From: Bugula neritina
Lineage: Eukaryota > Animalia > Bryozoa
Assembly (NCBI GenBank): GCA_964035545.1
Contig: OZ037765.1
Span: 28,023,504-28,087,503 of the forward strand
Direction of reading: 5' to 3'
DNA: 64,000 bases
In this document: piece after piece, positions 1 to 12,201 of the stretch
Layout: each line of letters begins with the position of its first letter
Numbering within the stretch: the stretch's first letter is position 1
Notes under the pieces: model-generated
What the model saw: only the letters and a program-made list of their open reading frames with translations
Told to the model about the DNA's origin: nothing
Database searches by the model: none
Program-made: the position numbers and the translations under genes

Positions 1-434
1 TAGCAGTTAATCTAATGTGTTTTCACATTTTTCATATTAAAAAATTCAACACAATTGGATTTATAATCCACTTTAGATACCTTCTAATGCCAGCTTTTTG
101 TTGAATAAAATTTTGTTACAGGAAATCTAGAGCTTTTACTCACTTCTATTGCTGGACTATCTAATAATCTAATAACCTACTTGCTTAGAGCTGTAGAAAA
201 TGAAAAGGGCTAACAAGATTTAAATTATTTCAAATATATTTTCATTTAATAGAAATTCTATATTCACAGACTAACAAAACTTCCGATACACGTACTAGCA
301 TGCAAAACATTTCTCCACCAGCAGCTAAATATTTCCAGCCCCATTTTTTGCCCATTCCAAATATATACCAGCAAGACCAAAGCCTTTCTACAAGCTTTTT
401 AAATCACAATTAATGAGACTGAATTTCGTCTTAC

Positions 435-761
435 CTTCAATGAATCTGAGAAAATTGCCAGGCACATATCCTGTTATACTGGTAGAGCGGTTAAATCCTA
501 TGAGCCATACTTTGGGGTTTTTAAAATCCACAGAGGATGGCAGTGACGAAACTGGCACTTCCACGACATCACCTAAAATCATAGATGACGAAAAAGATTT
601 GAAAAAATTAAATATGCAACAAGCTCTAAAACCGCATTTCATATTTGAAGAAGGTTTGTGTGTAATTTACCTTCTGAAATAGGATTTGGATCAAACCCCT
701 CAGTATCATCAGGTCCCTCAAAGTCACAAACAACTTTGTATACATAAATTTCACCAGCCAT
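435..761 (-). CDS. 5' part of an N-terminal SH3-domain protein, PI3K regulatory subunit p85-like (continues leftward, probably beyond the window)
   Basis: Exons 761-671 (ATG; MAGEIYVYKVVCDFEGPDDTEGFDPNPISE) and 572-435 (GDVVEVPVSSLPSSVDFKNPKVWLIGFNRSTSITGYVPGNFLRFIE) are joined by a phase-1 GT-AG intron. WLIGFN..TG.VPG.F resembles the p85 SH3 ([20 protein letters not shown]) with its long insert. An acceptor near 801 implies an upstream 5'UTR exon. Confidence 0.6.
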
Positions 762-882
762 GTGACTTGCTCATTACTTCATGCATGAAGTAAAATAAAA
801 CTGTAGAATTTCAGAGGAGATCCATAGAAATGAGTGACACTAAAAAATACGAAAAAAATAGAAAAGCCTGACAACAGACCAA

Positions 883-1529
883 GTAAAACTCAGCCAATCA
901 GGGGTGCGTACCACTCTCTAAAATCTCACCATTATAACTTTCATCAATTTCTGCAAGTTCAAGTGTGAAATGCATGTGTTCAAAAATTTGTTGTGCAACT
1001 TTTATTGCATGCATTATTTTATTTCATATCTTAAACTGATAAGTCTTGTGTTCATTTTTCAAAATGTTTGAATCAAGTGTTCAAAAGACTCAATTAAAAA
1101 TTGCATGTCTCCAAAAATACCCTGGCACAGTTTACCACAGTCCCAGCTGTTGCTGCATAACATAAAGATTATTCTTTTATTGACATAGTTGTGAGTGAGT
1201 TGATTGTTTTGACAGTTGGGTAATAGTGAAACACTAAAGTTGTGCACAACTCAGATGGGCAGGATTTTACCTGACCAGTTGATGCTTGTACCAGGGTGTT
1301 TTTGCAGATATGTTACTAGTTGCATCTTTTAAACACTTAATACAAAAATTTTGAAAAATTAACTCAAAACTCATGAATTTAAGATATGAAATAAAATAAT
1401 GCATGCAATAAAAGTTGCACAACTAATTTTCGAAAGAATTCACTTTGTACTTGAATTTGCAGAATTTTATATAAGTTGCTATGGTGAGATTTTAGAGATG
1501 GTACAAACCCTTGATTGGCTGAGTTTTAC
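883..1529. mobile_element. Foldback/MITE-like element with ~150-bp terminal inverted repeats
   Basis: 883-1035 is the reverse complement of 1378-1529, including a perfect 46-bp core (990-1035 vs 1378-1423). No ORF; TSD not clear. Confidence 0.75.
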
Positions 1530-2689
1530 ATGCTCTTACTAAACTGATAACTCTTTCACAGGTAAAAATTTCATTTATATATTTGAATTTAAAAACCATC
1601 TTAGAATATTGATATTTAAAAATAGTAAAGACTCTATGCTGAAGTTCATATTGTTGTGTGCCCACTTATAATGCAATTAGTAAACTCTTGGCAATTTTTA
1701 GCACATTATTACATACTTTAGTTATCACAATCATTTCATTTAAATTATCTTGTGGTTCCAAATAAACATAAGGACTTCCTCCATACTCACTACCTACAAC
1801 TTAAATTTTGTTGCCTATGTTCAACCACAATCATCATCATACATCAACACATAAAATAGGTTGAATAAACTTAACATCATTCCAAAAATTGGAATTAAAT
1901 TTAATTTCAATTTTTGTGAAATAACTATTAAGTCACCAAACAGAATTTTATATGTGCTAAAAATGCTATCAATGTTCTTCATATCCAGTTGTTGCAAACT
2001 AGCTGCAGCTGCTATAATGTAATAACTCAACACACATTTTACTAGCCTATTGTAACAGATAATGGTGAACAAAGTGAGCTTTTTGAAGAATGAAGGTTTA
2101 ATTTTTCCCTATTAGCGAAAGCATACTTATAATTCAACTTGCCTCACTTGAAATTTGTATAATAATCTTTCAATTTTACCACTCTTTTGCAATATAAATA
2201 AACAGAAGTAGTAATTATACAATTATAATTGATGCAACGTTTGACTTTGCATAAGTAATATAAATGGGCAGACTAATTGAAACTTAATAGATGAAGCAGC
2301 CTAAAAATACATATTTAAAAAATTGAAGCTGCAACAGCAAGACGGGCCAAGAAAGTTTTTGATTGATGTCGGCACAACACTACCTGGTAAAAATTGCATT
2401 CTTCAATGTTTCCTCTTAAAGTAGTTCAAGCATATGAAAATATTGGCCAAATACATTGCTAATGCACATATAGATGAACAAAGATGGATTGAATGTTAAT
2501 CTTAGTGCAATTCGAAACCTATCTTTACAGCCTCTGTTTTACTGAATATTTTCATCACTGATAATCCATATTGACAGACCCTGATAGACTACCAGATACT
2601 GCTCAGCTTTGTCTTTTTACAAGAACAACACAGCAATTTGAACCAGTTCTTTCTGATGTTTACTTGACAAAAATCTAAGTATAAATATG

Positions 2690-3960
2690 AACTTATAGTT
2701 ATTTATACTCATACTACTACTGATACTAGAAGTAGTCCTATTGGGAAACGAAGGATAATTACTAATGAGGATCAGCCATAACAATAAAATACTTTCTTAA
2801 CTTCAACTATTGTAGTTACTAGTAAATAATATCATAGTTATAATTCACCTCAACAGTAGTTAGTGGCTTACATTGTTTTTGTGTGCTAATCAAAGATCAT
2901 CATTATGCTGAATGATAATCTTATAGTTATAATCATAAACAATCATAATGATCAAAAAATTAATTATGATAATCTTATTCTAAATCAATTTCATATGGTT
3001 ATAGTTAATGCTGCAGCTATTCAAATTTTATGACTATTCATTATGATAACGAATATGATTAATCATTATTACACAACATGATGATCATAATTATTATGAT
3101 TATCATAATCATTATGCTAATGCTTATGCTTAGTATTCAAGCTTTTTCCCAGTATTATGTAAAATGAAAATAAAAATACTAAATAGGAATTCAACTTCAA
3201 GTGCAACTTAAATTACTAATCATCATTATGATTATAATATTACATTGAACTTGATTTAAAAAATTAAACATTTAATGGTAGATATTATAATTTAAATTAT
3301 CAACTACTAGGAATAGTACTATTACTATTAGTAATACTAATAGTAATACTAATAGTAATACTAATACTTATAGTAATAGTGACTATTAGTATTACTATTA
3401 GTATTAGTATTAGCATGATAATAATCATAATGATAAAAGTATTAGTTATACATTTAGTATGCCTAAATTTACTTTTACTTTTTGAAGTAGGTGCAGTAAC
3501 TGTAAGGAGATATACATATTGATATTCATATTAGCTTTCAACAAAATGAAAGTTACGAGAACTTTTTTTTCAAAAATTTATATCATTGCACCTAGCACTA
3601 GCAGTAACTACGTAGTTTTACCGCACAAGTATAAGTATTACAGTTGGTGCTACCATTAGTACTATAACTATTAATGATTTAGTTTGAGTTAATGTTATAC
3701 GATTAATTTTAGTTTTACACTAACAGTAACTCTAAAAAATGAGTCTTACAGTTACTGTTAGTCAATACTCAAAGTCAATGTAAAACTGGATGTCATAGTG
3801 TTACTGTTAGAATTACTGTAGAGTATAAGTAATTAATCATTTAACGTAACACTAAGTCACTTAGCGTTATACGGTTATACTAATACTTATAGTTTTAGTC
3901 ATACTGATACTGATACTCTACGACTACAGTCTACATCTAAATTATCTAAGGCTAAAGACT
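2690..3960. repeat. Degenerate 3/6-periodic A-N-T low-complexity tract
   Basis: Runs such as agtaatactaatagtaatactaat, attatgattatcataatc and gatactgatact. Confidence 0.8.
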
Positions 3961-5285
3961 TTTATAAAGCAAGGCTTATCAATTTGCAACTTTACTATAA
4001 TATTTGGGTGCATTGAACTTGAGTTTTAGTTGCTGTGTCAAATTATTCTACATGTATGAAATACTTTTATAAGTTTTCTTAGATATACAGGATTCAGGAA
4101 CATTTATCAGAATAAGAGCCAAGGCGAATTCGAGTATTGCGGTCAGAGTTTTAAGATTGTAGGAGTTAGCTTTTCTTTACAACTTGGTGTAAACAATAAC
4201 AAGAAGTAGATAGGTCACCTTACAAGTTATGATAACTCTATGTGGGTCACAAAACAATGAGAGAACAAGTCCGAGTGCGACTACTTTTACGCAACCGTCT
4301 CAGGTTTTAAGTATTCCTATTGTAATGAACTTTGGGTTGCTATGAAAATAGATTAAGCAGTCTGCATGCCTTTTACTATATTGATCAAATAAAAGTCTTC
4401 TTGAATATTTTTGATATAATGCTTTTATTCTCTTTAGATGCGTCTTGGTTGAGCTCCAGTGGTCGGCTGACTTAGCACTGGAAACTCTCCCACTTATATA
4501 CTAGTAAAACTTGCCGCCACTTTGGTTGTCCGAAACTCAGACCGAAATTCGGAGTTCCCCTGGCCGAAGTCGGAAAGGGTCTGCCCGAAATCGTACAGAC
4601 CCTTTCGAAATCGTACCCTCGGGCTCCGATTTCGGCTCACATAACTCACCAAAGATTATTTACAAAAAACAAGTGGTGGGGAACATAACTCAATAAAACT
4701 GTTACAGTATTTTATAAACAAACAAAAAAATAGGAAGGGCAATTCACAATCATTACGCTAAGAGCTTAGCTATAATTAAAACATTTAACAGCATTTAGAA
4801 AGTTACGCCAAGTCAATTATAATAGTGACGCAATATAATTACTAGAGCGTTAAAATCCATTACACTATATTTATATATTTGAAATTTAGAATGTTGTTTC
4901 AAAAACTGAGTCCAATACTGTCTATTGGCATCCATAAAACGCACTGTGCAATAGCAATATTGGCGGCATAATTTTCAGCGCTTTATTTTGTAAGCAAATA
5001 TAAAAAACATGTGTTTGATAAACACATAAGTGACAGGAGTTACCCTATCTTTGCAATCCAGTTTAGTAAAAAAACTAAGACAAACTTCTATTTCCAGCTA
5101 ATGATTTGCTCATTGCAAAATATATTGTATAAACACATTTTCATGGACTGGGGAGATAGTACTGTGCTATAAAGTGAATAAAACTACAGCTTATTATTAC
5201 AGTGTAATAATGTTGAGAAATACTATAATAGCTAGAAACTTTATAGAAAAATACTTGCATAAGAACAACTAGAACAGAATAATGG

Positions 5286-7291
5286 TCACACCACTGTCTG
5301 CAGTGCATCAGCATATTGAAATTCATTTCCCATTTCATATTCAGCCATATCCAACGCCACCTCACAACTTTCTCTTACTATACGATGCTTGTCATTAATA
5401 AACTGCTGGAGAGTTGATATGCAGCTTGGTGTAGCTATAGCCCCCAGAGCCTCAGCGCACTCGTGTCTGACAATATCTACTTCACTGGTATTAGCGAGAG
5501 AAGAAGTTAGTGCTGCTTCAGAAGCTTCATGAGCAATTTGCCCTAATACATATGCTACTTCGTGTCTGAATAGGACACTGCTTCCCTTGAATCCTGTAGA
5601 AACAAAATTACTATAGATAAAATGTAATGGTTAAAATTTGTAGAACATTTCATTACTAATAGTTTGGTATGTAAATACGCATATATATGAAGTATGGTAA
5701 GTAAAATAGTTTCCTAAGTTTAATAAATGAACATATATAGTTTTTAAACTATATATAAAGTGATTGTAAAAGGAAATGCAATAAAGCTCCATGAATGGAA
5801 TACAAAGCTATGTATAGTTTTATGCCAAGAACATCCGTAAATCCATTTTTCAAAGTTACATTACCTTGACATATAGCCAGCACACTTTCTTTTGTTTTCA
5901 TGTTTCTCAACGTAAACATGGCCCTATATCTTGCAAAGAGTGAAGCTTCTTCATCAAGCAGCCGAGATGTTAATTCCTCAACCGATAATGAATGGTCAAC
6001 AAAAGGAGGAGCTGGATCCACAGAATTAAAAAGATTTGCCTCAGAAAGTTCTTTTTCTGTAGCCTTTTGCAGCCAATGAATCCGACTCACCGCCAATTGA
6101 CAAGTTTCAGCTAACTAAAATTTACAACATGCATTATCATGATAAAAAAGAACACAATTTTAATAAACACTGTTGATGGTTTTCAGCCACCTCAAATTTA
6201 CCCAGACTCTATTATATAAGAGCGTATGATAATTTAAAGCAGTATTAAAATTGCCCACAAATATAGCTTTGTTGGTATTTTTTAGTTTGTTGGCATAACT
6301 TACAGATGTCCTTATGTTTTAGGTAATCGACTACTAAACTATAATGATTATGACGAGAGATATAATTGTTAATAGTTTACTTTAACAAATTGCAGTAAAT
6401 TGTTAAATATTACTCAACAGTTTTCAACACATAATAGTACAATTTCTATGGAAGATAATTAAAAAATAATAAAATCATTAAAGTTTAATATATACATTTT
6501 TCATGTTGAGCTCAAAATTTAAATGGATATGAATTAAAATGGAAGTCAATTGTTTTTAGCATACAGTTATTACATAATCAATTTGAATTTTACACCATAT
6601 ATATGTTCAGGCTTACAAGTGCCAAGTAAACCATTACAATCTTGTACTCAAAGATAAACGATGAATATATTATCTAGAATAAATATTTCACCACTTGTTA
6701 GCGTTGTGCTCTGATTTTTCACTAAAATAATGTTGTCACTGTAAAGTGTGAAGTACGAATAGGCCATTTTTATTTTCCGATGTTAAATACACACAATCTG
6801 ATATAAATTGAATATAAGTAATCACCTAGATCTTACCTCAACCGGCGGAGAAACAGAGTATTTTTCTAACAAATTCAGGTCTTCCAACTTTCCGATAGCA
6901 CCCAAAGCTTCGGCTAAGATAAAACAAAACAAAAAGTAGCCAACATTCACTTATTATAAAGACATCAGCAAAAACTAAAAAAGAAATTGTCAATATAGGC
7001 TATACGAGAAAGCACACCTGCTTCATGCCGAACAATGGTGTCTTGGGAACTGTCCTCAATCAAGTTTCTCAAGACATTTAAAGCGTAATCATCTTGCATC
7101 TGACCAAGGCAGTAAGCCATTTCATGTTTAAGCAGACTGCTATCATCTTTAAAATTAGAGGTAATTTCATCTATGGCCACTTTACCACCTAGGCCTTTTA
7201 AAGTGAACAAAGCTCGAAAACGAGCTTTAAGAGGTGCTGCTGTGTTTGAAAGAATGGCCCCTATCTTGCTAATATTTTTACTGTCGGCCAT
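5286..7291 (-). CDS. DOHH: Deoxyhypusine hydroxylase
   Basis: Exons 7291-7018, 6913-6837, 6114-5865 and 5593-5286 (TGA) have consistent phases. Four His-Glu motifs are intact (LLKHEMAYCLGQ, VRHEAAEALG, LFRHEVAYVLGQ, VRHECAEALG), plus RFRALFTL and SVDPAPP. Confidence 0.97.
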
Positions 7292-7739
7292 TTGTGATTG
7301 TAGATAAACTCTGTCAAGTAAATAGAAACAGGATCAGAATGACAATATGATGAAGAAATACAAAAGTATAGTCCTACCTGTGTGATTAAATTAAAAGCTT
7401 AAATTTACAGTAATGGATACAAGCAGAAATATAGGAACTTTGATTTTGGATTATTTACATGTAACTACTAAAAGCTATTACACACAATATCCTGAGCAGA
7501 TGATGTTATGTATATTTTGAAATTAATTTTTATCAGGTGAGTGTGAGACTATGTTACTTGTGTTATAATTAAGTAAAACTAAAAGGAATAAAGTGCTAGC
7601 TCAAATGGCTTTGGAGAAATAATAATTTCAGTCAAAATTTGTTTCGCTAAACAAACAAAATATTCTAGCAGCACACAGGAGTACAAATGTAACTTTATAA
7701 AAGCTTAATTAGAAATGAGATTGTGCTTTGGCAATAGCG

Positions 7740-9060
7740 CACATATATCGACTTAGATTTATACTCACTGTGACTTATACTAATATTGACAGCTATTATT
7801 TTTTTCAAGTACTACTGTTAACACTAGTCAAAAAATTGTAGCACTATTTCTAGATTTATTAGTAAGCTAAGCCTAGAATTAAACCTAACATACAGTTTGA
7901 TAAATCAAAATGTAGTACTAAAGATAAAATTCTTGGGTTATTGCACTAAGAAACGCAACAGTACTGAAATTGGTGACTTTAGTAATACTGCACCTGTAGT
8001 AACACTGTGATACTACGAATATCAACATCAAATGGGCTGCCTAGAAAATTACTATTACTATTAGTAATATTATTACTACTATTCATAGTAATACTAATAG
8101 TAATAGTAACACTAATAGTGTGAGTAACACTAATAGTAATAGCATGAGTATGAGTATCAGTAACACTATCAAATTATTATTATAACCACTATGATTATGA
8201 AATAATTATCACTGTGATGATATTCATACTGATAACCACAATATTAATAAATATAATCATCACCATGATAAAAATTATCGGTATGACCATGAGTATGAGT
8301 ATCACTATCAGTATCAGTAGGTGTAGTAGCTATGAATAATTAGCATTACTCATTTACTGTCACTAAGTCTAACACTGAAAGTTGATCACTATGACTATCA
8401 GTATTAGTATCACGATAACTATCACTATCACTATGGTTATCACTTATCAGTATCACTCATACTTAGTATGATAGTCGATGCTATCACTATCAGCAAAATT
8501 CACACTGTCACTACGACTATCACTGTGACTATCAGTATGAGTATGAGTATCAGTATGACTCTATGAGTATGACTATAACTATAAGTATAAGACTATTACT
8601 ATTAGTATTACATTTACTATTAGTATTAGTATTACATTTACTGTGACTATGACTTAATCTTATAGTTATTGACTATCACTATGATACTGACTATTAGTAT
8701 CAGTATCAGTATGTCAAACAGAAACTCAATCAGTCAATCTGAATCACAGTATGAAAATCAATTTCATTCAATCAATCTAATGATATTGATTGACAATCAC
8801 AATGACAATCACAATGTCAATGTGAAATTGAATCAGAATGACTATCACTATGAGAATGAGAATCAGAATGTGAAGCAACTGCCAATAGCCGAATACTGAA
8901 CCAAGCTTTATTTCTACCTTATCAAAGTTGCAAAAGTGCATACGTGACCAAATGCATATAACCACTTCCTAAGAAAGAGAACAGTGAATAACGCGACAGC
9001 ATTACTATTTATGTATAGTAACTGTAATGTAATCGCGATTATAGGTTATATAATTTGATA
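7740..9060. repeat. Degenerate A-N-T periodic tract in the DOHH/RPS7 divergent promoter
   Basis: atcact/atcagt/atgagt/atgact/attact/attagt hexamers, grading into aatcac/aatgag near 8700-8870. Confidence 0.85.
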
Positions 9061-9328
9061 CTATTCGCGTGGTTGGGAAATTTTGTTGACACCGGATATA
9101 ATGATGATCCTTTGTAATTCCAATCCTTTTAAATCATTCTATTTTTTAAAATTTTTAAGAAATGATTTTTTAGATATCAACATGCAAAAATTATAAAAAT
9201 TTTATTTTGCAAAATTCAAAAAAAATTGTTTTAAAATTTTATGTTATTGAGAGATGCAAGAAGCGATGGTTAGATATGATACTTTTTCGTGACAAGGGTA
9301 GATTTTCTCCGCTGATGCGAGAATTTAT

Positions 9329-9354
9329 GCCTTTTCTCAAACTAATAGCTCAAA
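9329..9354 (+). promoter_or_regulatory. Putative RPS7 TCT/5'TOP start and non-coding exon 1
   Basis: gCCTTTTCTC pyrimidine tract at ~9330 is followed by donor AAA|GTAAGT at 9355, and the next acceptor (9642-9643) directly abuts the ATG. Typical of ribosomal protein genes. Confidence 0.6.
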
Positions 9355-9643
9355 GTAAGTATTCAAGTTTTCTACGATTCAATTTCATTTGTCTATTTAG
9401 TGTAAAATGAGAAGCTGGGGCACTATAAAATAATACTAATGGGATAGATAAAACTCTCAATTTTCTTTTTAAATAACTTTTATGCGTTGATGTCTGGTTT
9501 ATGAGCATCTAGATTCAGATATACCCACTAGTCCAACTTTCTCTTTAGTGTGAGGTATTCCTATTAATATTTAGTTTCAACACATTATTACAGACATACT
9601 ATCATAATATTAATGTGCTATATATGCAATGTTTTTTTTACAG

Positions 9644-11706
9644 ATGCTATCAGCTAGTAAGATTGTGAAGCCACCTGGCGAAAAGCATGATGAGTTTGAG
9701 ATGTCTGTGTCTCAAGCGTTGTTGGAGCTTGAGATGAATAGTGATCTTAAAGCTCCACTACGTGAACTTCACATTCGTGGTGCAAAGGTTAGTTATTTCG
9801 ATCTGACTTTTGCACATAGGTGCAGTAATTGAAAAATTGAAGTACCATAAATCCTTTAGTTTGGTGATGCTGGTAGTGGTGAAATTCTCATGAGAACATG
9901 ACTGTGACATAATAATCACATAACTTCTTTTGCTACATTTCTTATCTATAAGTATAATGTTTCTCCTTTATTGCAACTACCTACCTCATTACAAGCTATC
10001 CAACAATTGCAATAATTGGCTATAGTATAGATAACTTCTGTAGTAATAGTACGTATGTTGTAACTAGGGTAAGTAGGCTAAGACCAGGATTTTATTAATG
10101 CCTGTATAATTTTAAAGTTTTTCCAAGGTTGGCAAATAATTTTTGCTAATTTTTTATCATTTGTAATGGTTAGGAGTGCGATTTCAATGGAAGGAAAGTA
10201 GTCATCATCTTTGTACCAGTACCACAGTTGAGGCAATACCAGAAAATTCAAGTTCGCCTAATCCGTGAACTTGAAAAAAAATTCAGTGGAAAGCATGTGG
10301 TCTTCATCGCTCAAAGGAGAATTTTGCCTAAGCCTAAACCCAAGGTAGTCAGCAAATATAAGCAGAAGCGACCATACAGGTATGTTGTGGTTATGAATAT
10401 TTTTTTAGCAGTAGAGTTTTACATATTTGTGTGGGTGTAGCTTTCATAACTGTTGCTCAGCCTGTTAGTAATGCAACCATGCTTATATACTTTTGGTTGC
10501 ATTGTGTTTGTATCCACATCGATTTTAAGCAATTTATTAATTTTGCAGCCGTACTCTGACCTCAGTGCACAATGCCATACTTGATGACTTGTGTTATCCA
10601 GCTGAGATTGTGGGGAAAAGAACCAAGGTCAGGCTAGATGGCTCTCATCTTATTAAAGTGCACCTAGACAAAAACCAGCAAACAAATGTAGAACATAAGG
10701 TGAGATATTTCGATAGTTCATATTATAAATATAAGTAAACAATGGTAAAAGTAAAATAGGCAGATTTTTAAAATGAGCTCAATACAATTGGTAACTATTT
10801 TCCATATTTTTGTTACATTCTTGGTCAACAAACACATGTTTTCGTAATTACTTGCATCGTTGATAGTAAATTTAATTATAAAAGTTATCACCCAAATAAT
10901 TTCGTGCATTTTATGGTATAATTTATGGGTTGTGCAGTTTTTGATCTGACAATTGCATTACAAATTCTGCCATTTTACATCATAAACCAAATATCTTACA
11001 AAATAATTAGTAAGTTCTGTCCCCAAGACCATTCATAAAAAAAGTTGTTACGAATGGTTCAGTGAATTAATCTATCATGTTCGATTTACAGAGTTTTTTT
11101 TTGTTGACCTAAATTTGAATAGATGCACATTTTTTATAAACTCCCAATACAAGTGGTTGAAATATTAGTATTCAATGGTAGAACTTTAGTGTGCAAATTA
11201 AAAATCTTAAACTATGTTATTATCCATCAACATTGTTTCCCTAATCCATCATAAGTATAAGAAAAAGCCCCTTTAGCAATGACTATATGTGCACTTTTAA
11301 AAACACATTGTGATTTTAGTTGGTGAATATTAGGTAAGACATGCATTGCAAGTATAATATGAATGCAATCACTGGTCACGTTTTTTCAGAAACTCATTTG
11401 TATTATTTCAGTCCCACGTAAAGAAAAAGCTACAAATGAAAAAACACTCGACTTATTTAAGCCTGCATTAGCATGAACACAAGTGTGCGCAGGAATTTTT
11501 TGTGACACATTATTTTGCTCCAATGTGTAAAAGCCACAGTAGCTATGTTAGATCAGATTAAAGAAGATATTTGTGACTCTAGTTGAGGACAACTAGTTGA
11601 ATATTTATATTTTCTTTTCTTTTTTTAGCTGGACACCTTCTCTGCAGTCTACAAGAAGTTATGTGGCAAAGAAGTTGTGTTTGAGTTTCCAGAGTATATG
11701 CTGTAA
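9644..11706 (+). CDS. RPS7: 40S ribosomal protein S7 (eS7)
   Basis: Exons 9644-9787, 10174-10379, 10549-10699 and 11629-11706. Motifs [46 protein letters not shown] and [14 protein letters not shown] at ~11718. Confidence 0.98.
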
Positions 11707-12201
11707 CTTATAACTGCAATAAAAAGGAAAAAAATCTACAACCTGTTTTATACTCTCTTGGTCAATAAAGACTAAATTTTGCTGAAAGTTTCTATGGTAC
11801 CAGAAGCAAGAAATTGGAAAATCATGAGATTTATTCTAGCTTGAAGTCCCAGTTGCCTTTTTCAGGATGGTAATTATTTAGTCTAGCAGATTTTCATTAA
11901 AAAATATAATCTCCAATATCATGCACAGTAAAAATTATATTATAAATACATGTAATACTAAAGAGTTACAAAAAAACAACAGTTAATTGACAAGTTGGGT
12001 AGTAGAGGTAATACAGAGTTTTAGATGATTGTAACATTTATGAAACAACATTCATTGCAAATGAATCAAAATTCAATCATTTTTGTAAAAAATCGAATCG
12101 AGGAAAATATGAGAATGGTGTAATAAGCAATTGAATTTTACTGAAGGCATAGAAAATATATATTTAAAAATACTTGATAGTTTAACTTTTTTGGGAGCTT
12201 G

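Noticed and set aside
413-682. 89-aa plus-strand ORF
   Set aside because: Antisense shadow of the minus-strand SH3 exons.
8669-8965. ORFs rich in I/T/M/S/N or I/V/L
   Set aside because: By-products of the triplet periodicity of the non-coding tract; no splice or homology support.
10915-11003. AAACCA-n-ACA resembling the U17 m2/ACA end in RPS7 intron 4
   Set aside because: No m1 (AUUCC) on the opposite side of the hairpin; likely chance in AT-rich sequence.
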